NCBI GenBank assembly: GCA_014859165.1
Contig: JACUUT010000001.1
Location: forward strand, 1-45,623
Direction of reading: 5' to 3'
Length of the DNA stretch: 45,623 nucleotides
From: Dehalococcoidia bacterium
Lineage (GTDB): Bacteria; Chloroflexota; Dehalococcoidia; E44-bin15
This document shows, piece by piece, positions 1 to 6,860 of this stretch. Position numbers and translations under genes: made by a program. The notes under the pieces are model-generated. The model was not told where the DNA came from and searched no databases. It saw only the letters and a program-made list of their open reading frames with translations. Position 1 is the first letter of the stretch. The number at the start of each line of letters is the position of its first letter.

Positions 1-49
1 TTCTCTATCCTTCCTCAACCTCTATTATATAGAGCCACCGTTGAAGGCA

Positions 50-772
50 TCACTTCCTGGGGCGGCGGGTAAGCCAGCGCAGGGGCGGGTGGCTCAAAAG
101 CCAGCTTATGTCTAGCTGAGTGCCCTCTTTCAGCCGGCGAAGAAAGCGGATAGGGGCAGAGGGAGGGGCTTCAGGTGGCGGAGGCGGCTCTTCAATCTCG
201 GCTTCCTCTACGAGGAAAACACCTTCGAGTTCGACCTCTTCCACGGCTTCCTCAGTCTCTTCTTCCTCGAGCTCAATTTCTTCCTCGGTGGGTGGCGCTT
301 TGGGGGGTGAAATCTTTGTCCTGAAGCGGTCGAATATCCAGTGGCACAGCATTATTATCCACGCTATTATCGCCAGCACCACGGGAACAACGAAGATAAT
401 AGCTGCAATTGCCAGGAAGAGAATGAAAAGCAGAAACAGGAGAAAGAATATCGCATGAACATTTGCAGAAAGCAGATATGAAATTACCAGCAGTAAGATG
501 AGGGCGATTATCACGATGATCATGAGGATAAGGAAGGGGAAGAAGTTACGCCGCTTCGCTCCCCACTCGGCTATGCCGCGGAAGAAGGGGAAGATTCTCC
601 CCCAGATGTAGAGAAAAAGGGCTGGCCCTGATAAAAGAAGGATTGCAGCCACCAGCGCCACAGCCCCCACAAAAAGCAAAAGCACCAGCAGAAGGATGAT
701 CTCGGCCTGGCCACGCTCGTCTTTAAGGAATGCGTGAAGTCCATTTGGGATAGGGCTCAACCTCACCCCCAT
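50..772 (-). CDS. hypothetical multi-pass membrane protein with acidic/Pro-rich C-terminal tail
   Basis: 240-aa ORF with about four long hydrophobic segments (e.g. LLLVLLLFVGAVALVAAILLL, FFPFLILMIIVIIALILLLVISYLL). These are followed by EEEIELEEEETEEAVEEVELE and PPPPPEAPP tracts. No family recognised. Confidence 0.55.
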   Translation of the reverse strand: MGVRLSPIPNGLHAFLKDERGQAEIILLLVLLLFVGAVALVAAILLLSGPALFLYIWGRIFPFFRGIAEWGAKRRNFFPFLILMIIVIIALILLLVISYLLSANVHAIFFLLFLLFILFLAIAAIIFVVPVVLAIIAWIIMLCHWIFDRFRTKISPPKAPPTEEEIELEEEETEEAVEEVELEGVFLVEEAEIEEPPPPPEAPPSAPIRFLRRLKEGTQLDISWLLSHPPLRWLTRRPRK

Positions 773-796
773 ATTCAGACTAACACCAGTTTACCA

Positions 797-860
797 CCCC
801 GATTTATCGGGGTCAAGCCCTGGAAATGGGGCGGGCCGTTTCACCCCGACAGGGTCGGGG
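797..860. repeat. two REP-like hairpins (CCCCGATTTATCGGGG at 797..812; CCCCGACAGGGTCGGGG at 844..860)
   Basis: Perfect short palindromes of the CCCCGA-N4-5-TCGGGG family, which recurs 13 times in the window. Confidence 0.8.
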
Positions 861-881
861 CAGAGCGGGGCGAGCTTGCCA

Positions 882-1061
882 TTACATTGGGGGTGAAGAC
901 GAAAGCGACGGCAGGAAGTCAATAACCTGGCCGACCAAACTGGCAAGCTGGGTCAGCGCCGAGACTGCCGAGCCTAAGCCGTCAACGAGGGTTTGACCCG
1001 CAGCCACCAGGTCCCCAAGCTGGTGACCAATGTCCGTGAAAAGATTCATTAGATTCTCCAT
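882..1061 (-). CDS. unannotated small protein, 59 aa (hypothetical, Ala/Gly/Leu-rich helical)
   Basis: ATG at 1061 and TAA at 882..884, one codon below the 60-aa track cut-off. A G-rich SD-like tract lies directly upstream and a consensus promoter lies 60 nt upstream. Sequence: MENLMNLFTDIGHQLGDLVAAGQTLVDGLGSAVSALTQLASLVGQVIDFLPSLSSSPPM. Confidence 0.4.
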   Translation of the reverse strand: MENLMNLFTDIGHQLGDLVAAGQTLVDGLGSAVSALTQLASLVGQVIDFLPSLSSSPPM

Positions 1062-1119
1062 CCCAACCCCCCCCCAGGCTCCGCTATATATTGAACTATA
1101 TTATCTTATTTTCTGTAAT

Positions 1120-1149
1120 ATTATACCATATTATGTAAAGGCATGTCAA
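1120..1149 (-). promoter_or_regulatory. sigma70-type promoter TTGACA-N18-TATAAT
   Basis: On the minus strand, TTGACA is at 1149..1144 and TATAAT at 1125..1120. It points at the 59-aa ORF. Confidence 0.6.
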
Positions 1150-1187
1150 TACGAAATTATGAGGTCGTTTAGCAACTTTACTTTTTT

Positions 1188-1250
1188 GTCATTCTGAGCC
1201 CTCTGGGCGAAGAATCTCTTTATAGACTCTTCGCTTCGCTCAGAGTGACA
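1188..1250. repeat. palindromic MITE-like element of the GTCATTCTGAGC...GCGAAGAATC family
   Basis: Outer arms are GTCATTCTGAGC / GCTCAGAGTGAC and inner arms are GCGAAGAATCTC / GACTCTTCGC. The same family occurs at 2770, 3155, 25908 and 30290. Confidence 0.75.
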
Positions 1251-1348
1251 ATCGCTGTTAATAAACAATCTTCATTATGTCAATATTTCATCATGTCTTC
1301 GATCTTGTTCAGATAGATAGAGGGGTGAGGGTGATTATTTCTCTTTTC

Positions 1349-1367
1349 TATGCTATAATATAGCATA
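1349..1367 (+). promoter_or_regulatory. 9-1-9 perfect inverted repeat (TATGCTATA-A-TATAGCATA) overlapping a TATAAT -10; probable vapBC operator/promoter
   Basis: The palindrome was read directly. It lies 19 nt upstream of the vapB ATG (1386) and TATAAT is embedded in it. Confidence 0.55.
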
Positions 1368-1385
1368 ATTATGAAGGGGAAATAT

Positions 1386-1595
1386 ATGTATAGGACTACC
1401 ATAACATTACCCCAGGGGCTTGTTGACGAGCTGGTGAAGGTAACCAGGGCCAAGAGTAAGACCCGTGCTGTAACTATTGCCATTGAGGAAGAGATCAGGA
1501 AGAGAAAGCTGGAGAATATCAAAAGTTCGGCCGGGAGTCTGGAGTTCGAGATAGAAGCAGAGGATTTGCGTCATGGTGATGAGCGTCTCGGATAG
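1386..1595 (+). CDS. vapB: type II antitoxin, VapB/DUF2191-like (RHH-type)
   Basis: MYRTTITLPQGLVDELVKVTRAKSKTRAVTIAIEEEIRKRK matches the 'MRTTL.ID..L...A' VapB pattern. AAGGGGA sits 6 nt before the 1386 ATG (the track ORF starts at 1371). It overlaps the downstream PIN gene. Confidence 0.8.
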   Translation: MYRTTITLPQGLVDELVKVTRAKSKTRAVTIAIEEEIRKRKLENIKSSAGSLEFEIEAEDLRHGDERLG

Positions 1596-1977
1596 GTTGG
1601 TCTTAGTAGATACCTCTATTTGGATAAGCTACTTCAGGGGCGAAGAGGAGGTTCACAAAAAAGTCAATGAGCTTATCGATTCTGGCATGGTCCGCTGCCT
1701 CAAACTAATAATCGCGGAACTCATTCAGGGAGCCAAGACAGAGGAAGGGGTAAATGTTATGAAGGACCTTGCCGATGTCTTCCCTCTGCTGGCTGAAGGG
1801 CCCGAGTCCTGGGAAAACGCTGGCATCTTATCCTTCCAGTTAAGAAAGGCAGGTAAGAATATCGGGCTGAGTGATTGTTACATCGCAACCGTAGCAAAAG
1901 AAAACGATGCTATGATTTATACTCTTGATAGACATTTCGTGGAAATCCAGAGGCATTTTGACATTACTCTCTTATGA
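1573..1977 (+). CDS. vapC: PIN-domain ribonuclease toxin VapC
   Basis: LVLVDTSIWISYF...AELIQG...LSDCYIATVA...IYTLDRHF shows the acidic PIN signature residues. It overlaps vapB. The start is ambiguous (ATG 1573/1579 or TTG 1597). Confidence 0.85.
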   Translation: MVMSVSDRLVLVDTSIWISYFRGEEEVHKKVNELIDSGMVRCLKLIIAELIQGAKTEEGVNVMKDLADVFPLLAEGPESWENAGILSFQLRKAGKNIGLSDCYIATVAKENDAMIYTLDRHFVEIQRHFDITLL

Positions 1978-2025
1978 CGGCGTGATGAGGGTGCGCGCTG
2001 AGGCGTGAAGCGGATGAAAATAAGA

Positions 2026-2074
2026 GATGGGCCCCGCCCTTCCACGGAAGGATCGGGACCCATCTCTCTCTTTT
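2026..2074. terminator. bidirectional intrinsic terminator between vapC and the convergent small ORF
   Basis: GC-rich hairpin GATGGGCCCCG...CGGGACCCATC (2026..2064) with a nested CCTTCC..GGAAGG palindrome. It is flanked by T-runs on both strands (TCTCTCTTTT on plus, CTCTTATTTT on minus). Confidence 0.6.
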
Positions 2075-2179
2075 GCGGTTCTTCATCCTTCCACGGAAGG
2101 ATGAAGCTACCTGAAAGGCGAACCGCCTCCCTTTCATGGTTGCTTGCGATTTGTTCGGTGCTGCCTAGACGCCCTCAGC

Positions 2180-2329
2180 TTAGAGAATGGCTAGGATAGC
2201 CGCGATGACCGGTGCGAGGATGCCTGTTGCGGTACCAGCCACAACGCCCGCGAAGTAAGAGGCAGTCTCGGTAAGGACGAGCGCAACTGGAGCCAGCAGC
2301 CCGACCAAAGCCCCGATAAGCGCTGTCAT
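2180..2329 (-). CDS. unannotated small hydrophobic protein, 49 aa (two predicted TM helices)
   Basis: ATG at 2329 and TAA at 2180..2182. The SD GGGGGTGA lies 6 nt upstream. Sequence: MTALIGALVGLLAPVALVLTETASYFAGVVAGTATGILAPVIAAILAIL. It has its own promoters and terminator. Confidence 0.45.
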   Translation of the reverse strand: MTALIGALVGLLAPVALVLTETASYFAGVVAGTATGILAPVIAAILAIL

Positions 2330-2449
2330 CTCAAATCACCCCCTTTCCTTTCTTTATTTTACCCAACCTCAGAGCTCCTACACTTAAACCTTCCGCTTCG
2401 CACCCCCTTTAGGACTTCCTTTAGGAAGTCCTTTCGCCTCTACAATAAA

Positions 2450-2478
2450 ATGCTACCACACTTTTGCACATTTGTCAA
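2450..2478 (-). promoter_or_regulatory. promoter TTGACA-N17-TAGCAT
   Basis: On the minus strand, TTGACA is at 2478..2473 and TAGCAT at 2455..2450, about 115 nt upstream of the 49-aa ORF. Confidence 0.5.
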
Positions 2479-2552
2479 GCCCCCAGCCCTTCCAGGAAGG
2501 GTAAATCTCGCCAAAAGAGCTACTTATGTCCTGCTTTCTCCTGCTTTCGCTT

Positions 2553-2582
2553 ATTTTATCTTTTTTTGTCTAATATTGTCAA
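2553..2582 (-). promoter_or_regulatory. second, tandem promoter TTGACA-N18-TAAAAT
   Basis: On the minus strand, TTGACA is at 2582..2577 and TAAAAT at 2558..2553. Confidence 0.45.
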
Positions 2583-2629
2583 TAGGGGATAGCTTTTTGA
2601 CACAATTTCTTTGTTGGTTAATTTAGGGT

Positions 2630-3020
2630 CCCCGATGCCTCGGGGTCAGATGCTTAAGGGTATGATTTCGTTCAGATAGAGCCGAAGGCTCGGCTCCCCG
2701 ATGTATCGGGGTCGGCCGATGGGTGACGCCTCCCCGATACATCGGGGTAGGGGGTTATCTTAGGCTGCTGTCATTCTGAGCCGAAGGCGAAGAATCTCCG
2801 AGACCCTTCCCCTTCGCTACCGCTCAGGGTCAGGGTGACGCTATGTCATTGCGACCCCGATTTAGGCCGAAGTGTCGGCCTCGGGGGAAGCAATCTCATG
2901 GAAGAGGGGGATAGAAGAAATCTTCCCTCCCCTGGCGGGAGGGAGTTAGAGGGAGCCCCGATTTATCGGGGTCACCCAACCCTCTCCCGTCGGCCGACAG
3001 GTCGCCCCGATGCATCGGGG
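2630..3020. repeat. cluster of seven CCCCGA..TCGGGG REP-like hairpins
   Basis: Copies at 2630..2645, 2696..2711, 2732..2747, 2855..2885 (nested GGCCGA/TCGGCC), 2956..2971 and 3005..3020. Spacing is irregular (36-220 nt). Confidence 0.8.
2770..2897. repeat. GTCATTCTGAGC..GAAGAATC element followed by a GTCATTGCGA..GAAGCAATCTC variant
   Basis: The first element spans 2770..2839 and the second 2845..2897. Both are imperfect palindromes of the dispersed family. Confidence 0.7.
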
Positions 3021-3039
3021 TCGGCTCAAGGGGGAGGGG

Positions 3040-3296
3040 ATGAGATTGCTTCGCGGAGTTTATCCCTTCGGGCTTGAGCCCTCTAGGGCGAAGCCTGAGC
3101 CGTATGTTAAGACTTCGTCGTGAGCTCAGTCGAACGATTCTTCCCCTTCACGGAGTTTACCCTGAGCGAGATTCTTCGGTCGCTTTGCTCCCTCAGAATG
3201 ACAGAAAGCGAAGGGCTCAGGGTCAGAATGACAAAAGGCCAAAGCTCTGAGTCCTGACGACAGGAAGGAAGTGAAGAGGAAGGGCTCGCAATGACA
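3040..3296. repeat. composite of opposite-orientation copies of the same repeat families
   Basis: Contains GAGATTGCTTCGCGGAGTTTATCC, GATTCTTCGG...CTCAGAATGACA and GGGCTCGCAATGACA. Segment 3155..3223 is near-identical to 25960..26028. Confidence 0.75.
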
Positions 3297-3427
3297 AGGC
3301 CTGCCTTGAGCCCGTCGAAAGGAAGTTATGTGTCACTAATGTACTGGACGAATACAGAGGCTGGCTTGCGGCGTGAAAATGTAGTATAATGTTTTTGACC
3401 CCTGGATCGGGGAACAGGAGGCAGGGC

Positions 3428-4222
3428 ATGAAAAGGCTCTCGTTTGTCATCCTGGCAGCGATCGTTCTTCTTGCCACAGTGTCTGCATTGCTTTTAACAG
3501 CATGCGTACCGTGGGGCGCCCCGGAAAATCTAATTCAAAACCCGGGCTTTGAAGAACCACCTGATTCTAATTGTACGGGAGCGCCGGATAACTGGACGTC
3601 TACCGGCAAGTACACGGGGCGTAGCACAGACGCTCACTCAGGCAACTGTTCCGCATATATATATGGAGCTAACAGTAGCTATACGCAAACCGTGCTCATA
3701 GAAGCGCTCGCAGCCTATAGGGTTGTGGCCTACATCAAAATCAGCAATGCTACTGGCAACGTGTCAGTAATGACCCAGGATTCGGATGGGGTGGACCTGC
3801 TAGAGGCCCCCCTTGTTTTGTCGGGTAATCAGACTACCTGGGCCAAATCGCTAATCTACCTTCCTACTCTACCTACGGCATATTATGCTATTATTACGCT
3901 ACGCATGGAGCCTGACGATGGTGCCATCGAGCCGAAGGCGTGGTTCGACGATATCCTGCTAGAAGAAAAAGGTGAATGCTTCATCGCCACCGCAGCCTAT
4001 GGCACACCGCTGGCAGGGGAGATAGAGGTGCTGCGCCAGTTCAGAGACCAATACCTGCTCCCCAACCCGGCGGGACGACTGCTTGTCTCCCTTTACTATG
4101 GAAGCAGCCCACCCCTGGCACATCTCATCAGCAAACATGACGGCCTCAAGGCTGTAACCCGGATGGCATTAGAGCCAATTATCTGGTTCTGCTCCAGGAT
4201 CACCACCCCGCCCGGTCCCTGA
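3428..4222 (+). CDS. secreted lipoprotein with CBM4/9-like (galactose-binding-like) domain and C-terminal CFIATAAYG...LRxFRD module
   Basis: AGGAGG sits 7 nt before the ATG at 3428. The signal peptide plus lipobox reads MKRLSFVILAAIVLLATVSALLLTAC. NLIQNPGFEE...AHSG...AWFDDILLEE is typical of CBM_4_9-type beta-sandwiches. The C-terminal CFIATAAYGTPLAGEIEVLRQFRDQYL motif recurs in secreted proteins; I recall the name CFI-box CTERM but am not certain of it. Confidence 0.7.
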   Translation: MKRLSFVILAAIVLLATVSALLLTACVPWGAPENLIQNPGFEEPPDSNCTGAPDNWTSTGKYTGRSTDAHSGNCSAYIYGANSSYTQTVLIEALAAYRVVAYIKISNATGNVSVMTQDSDGVDLLEAPLVLSGNQTTWAKSLIYLPTLPTAYYAIITLRMEPDDGAIEPKAWFDDILLEEKGECFIATAAYGTPLAGEIEVLRQFRDQYLLPNPAGRLLVSLYYGSSPPLAHLISKHDGLKAVTRMALEPIIWFCSRITTPPGP

Positions 4223-4225
4223 ACA

Positions 4226-4558
4226 TCAGGCTGTCTCGTGGGTGTTTGTGAAGGGGGCCTCATGTGCTATTTGCCCTTTTTTCTTCAGGGCTCCTCTCAC
4301 TGCCCTGGTATTCTCCTCGATATCCACCAGGACATAGATAATCCGCGAGAAAGCATAAAGGAATAGGAAGCTGAGGAAGCCCGAGATAATGCCCATGACA
4401 ATCATCACCGGGAGACCCAGGGCAGTCTCGGCATCCTCGGCACCTGCCGCAGTGACGCCGATTAGCAGGAAAAGCAAAAAGGTAAGTATCCCCACAATCC
4501 AGGCCAGGACCCCAATGATGCGACCGATAATGAGAAAGTTCCTGTATTTCACGCTCAC
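4226..4558 (-). CDS. small two-TM membrane protein (hypothetical)
   Basis: 110-aa ORF with two hydrophobic helices and then YVLVDIEENTRAV. GGAGG lies upstream, so the second GTG at 4552 is an equally good start. The promoter is TTGACA-N18-TAGGCT, with its -35 hexamer at 4638..4633 on the minus strand. Confidence 0.6.
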   Translation of the reverse strand: MSVKYRNFLIIGRIIGVLAWIVGILTFLLFLLIGVTAAGAEDAETALGLPVMIVMGIISGFLSFLFLYAFSRIIYVLVDIEENTRAVRGALKKKGQIAHEAPFTNTHETA

Positions 4559-4806
4559 CTCCTTCGATAAACTCAGGACAGGTCCTTTTTGGTATATGGC
4601 GGCTTATGCAAGCCTAGCATTTGTTCGTGGTGATTGTCAAGCCTGGAGCTCCCCGGCATAGGCAGATAGGGTTAACATCGCTCATCACCGCTCTTAGGTG
4701 TGATATTATACTATTTTAGCCTGATAGCTGCCTTCCCCCTTGCTCTCAAAGAGTCATCAGGGTAAGATAGGGGGGAGGATGATAGTATCAGGCGGGGGGA
4801 CTCAGT

Positions 4807-5595
4807 TTGCAGAAAGGAACAGTGATAACAGCCGGAGTAGACATAGGGGCCTCAACCTCCAAGGTCGTCCTTCTAAAGGATGCCCAAATCCTCTCTTATA
4901 GCATAATTGCCACCGCGGCGGAGAGCGCTTTTTCAGCCCGCCGCGCCATGGATGAGGCCCTCAAGGGGACAGACCTGCGCTCCGGCGATATTGGATGCAT
5001 CGTGGCAACCGGCTATGGAAGGGTAATCGTCCCCTTTGCCCATGAGACGATAACCGAGCTTTCCTGCCATGCCAGAGGGGCAAATTGGCTCTTTCCATCG
5101 GTGAGGACGATACTAGATATGGGAGGTCAGGACTGCAAGGCGATAAGGTGTGATGAGAGGGGGAGGCTTAAGAACTTTGTGATGAACGACAAGTGCGCCG
5201 CGGGAACAGGCAGATTCCTTGAGCTGATGGCGAGGGTGATGGAACTCCGCCTCGAGGATCTGGGCAGGCTGGCGCTGGAGGCAAGAGGAGAAATCAGGAT
5301 CGATAGCACCTGCACCGTCTTCGCCAAATCCGAGGTTTCCTCCCTGGTTCGAGAGGGAAGGGACAAAAGGGATATCCTTGCCGGGCTGCATGCTGCCATC
5401 GCTACAAGGGTTTACAATTTGCTCCGCGGTGTAGGAATAGAAAGGGATCTGGTGATCACCGGGGGAATCGCCAAGAATATCGGCGTGGTGCGCAAGGTTG
5501 AAGAGAAGGCTGGAATGGAGGTGCTGCTGCCGCCGGAGCCGCAGATTGTGGGGGCACTGGGGGCTGCCCTTTTTGCTCATGATAAGCTGCAATAA
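4807..5595 (+). CDS. BcrAD/BadFG/HgdC-family ATPase (activase-type, [4Fe-4S]-bridged) subunit 1
   Basis: Carries GVDIGASTSKVVLL (ASKHA fold) and the cluster cysteines in NDKCAAGTGRFLE and STCTVFAKSEV. Start is TTG 4807 (GGGGGGA SD) or GTG 4822. Confidence 0.9.
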   Translation: MQKGTVITAGVDIGASTSKVVLLKDAQILSYSIIATAAESAFSARRAMDEALKGTDLRSGDIGCIVATGYGRVIVPFAHETITELSCHARGANWLFPSVRTILDMGGQDCKAIRCDERGRLKNFVMNDKCAAGTGRFLELMARVMELRLEDLGRLALEARGEIRIDSTCTVFAKSEVSSLVREGRDKRDILAGLHAAIATRVYNLLRGVGIERDLVITGGIAKNIGVVRKVEEKAGMEVLLPPEPQIVGALGAALFAHDKLQ

Positions 5596-5627
5596 GGAGC
5601 ATCATTGAGGGGAGAGGAGGAAGCGAA

Positions 5628-6860
5628 ATGGTAACCTCAACTAGCGCCAAAAAGCATCTACAGACGACCCTAGAGGTCCCGGCCATGAGGAAGAAGTACT
5701 ATGCGGAGTCGCTGCAAAGGGCAGGGAAGAGGAAGGTGGCCTGGTGCAGCAACAACTTACCGTCGGAGATCATTGATGCTATGGACATAGATGCCGTCTA
5801 CCTGGAGAACTACGCCACGGTATGCGCCTCCAAGAGGCTTTCCTCGGGATTCTGCCGTGCCGGGGAGAAGGCGGGATTTTCCCAGGATGTCTGCGGCTAT
5901 GCCCGGCTCCTTATGGGCTACCTGCTGGGAGGGGAGGAGGCCCCCGAAGCCCCCTATGGAGGTCTGGCCAAGCCTGATTTCCTGGTGGTGAACAGCTTTA
6001 GCTGCGATTCCAGATTGGGCTGGTTTGCCACCATGAGCCGCACCCTGAACCTCCCCATGTATGTAATCGATGCCCCCTGTCAGCCTGAGGGGGGCTGCGC
6101 CGCGGTCGCCAATGCCCTTTATACCGAGGAACAACTGGAAGGGTTTGTCGCCTTTCTAGAGGAGCAGACGTGCACCAGACTAAACCGGGATCGGCTGAGG
6201 GAGAAGATCGCTCTCGCCCGCCGCTCCCACGATATCCAGGTGGAGATTTATGAGATGCGAAAGGCCATCCCCTCCCCCCTTGGCGCAGGCGATGCCTATA
6301 CCGTAGTCTGGCCCGGCCTCTATATGGCGGGCACCAAGGAGTGCGACGAATTCTATGATAGGCTGCGCGCCGAGGTCAGGGAGCGCATCGAAAAGGGGGT
6401 TGGGATCGTCTCCGAGGAGAAATTTAGGCTTCTCTGGAGCGGGCTTCCCTTCTGGTATAACATGGCGCTGCTGAACTATTTTGAGGACTTCGGCGGCGTG
6501 GTTGCCATTGAGAATATCTACTTCCGCCATGAAAAATCCCTTCCCCCCCAGCATGACGACCCAATAAAGGACATGGCCATCTCCTCCGCCATCAGCAGAC
6601 CCTACGCCGCGGGGATTGAGGAGCGCATTGAATTGACCCTGGATATAGTGAGGGATTATAAGGTGGACGGGGTGATCCTATCCTACAATCCCTCCTGCCG
6701 GCTGATGTATATCCTTCAACCGGAGCTCAAAAACGCCCTCGATAAGCACGGGATACCGAACCTGAGCATCGAGTGTGATATGGCTGATGAGCGAACCTAT
6801 GCCGAGGGTCAGGTGAAAACGAGACTGGATGCCTTCATTGAGAGGTTGCTTGCTAGGTGA
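5628..6860 (+). CDS. 2-hydroxyacyl-CoA dehydratase / benzoyl-CoA reductase family subunit (HGD-D domain, HgdA/BcrB/BadE-like)
   Basis: 410 aa with VAWCSNNLPSEIIDAMDIDAVY...VCGYARL...FSCDSR, the typical HGD-D family pattern. A GGAGAGGAGG SD is present. Confidence 0.85.
   Translation: MVTSTSAKKHLQTTLEVPAMRKKYYAESLQRAGKRKVAWCSNNLPSEIIDAMDIDAVYLENYATVCASKRLSSGFCRAGEKAGFSQDVCGYARLLMGYLLGGEEAPEAPYGGLAKPDFLVVNSFSCDSRLGWFATMSRTLNLPMYVIDAPCQPEGGCAAVANALYTEEQLEGFVAFLEEQTCTRLNRDRLREKIALARRSHDIQVEIYEMRKAIPSPLGAGDAYTVVWPGLYMAGTKECDEFYDRLRAEVRERIEKGVGIVSEEKFRLLWSGLPFWYNMALLNYFEDFGGVVAIENIYFRHEKSLPPQHDDPIKDMAISSAISRPYAAGIEERIELTLDIVRDYKVDGVILSYNPSCRLMYILQPELKNALDKHGIPNLSIECDMADERTYAEGQVKTRLDAFIERLLAR

Noticed and set aside
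2620-3030. Possible CRISPR array, because the same ~16-nt motif (CCCCGA..TCGGGG) recurs seven times
   Set aside because: The repeats are short perfect palindromes with irregular spacing (36 to more than 200 nt). They are interleaved with other repeat families and also occur singly inside operons. No cas genes or leader are present, so they behave like REP/MITE elements.
2835-3477. Track ORFs 2835..3077 (+), 3223..3477 (-) and the 3389 ATG start of the lipoprotein ORF
   Set aside because: The first two are translations of stacked palindromic repeats (Gly/Arg/Ser/Pro-rich, no SD). The 3389 ATG directly abuts the TATAAT -10 box, whereas the ATG at 3428 has AGGAGG and starts a textbook lipoprotein signal peptide.
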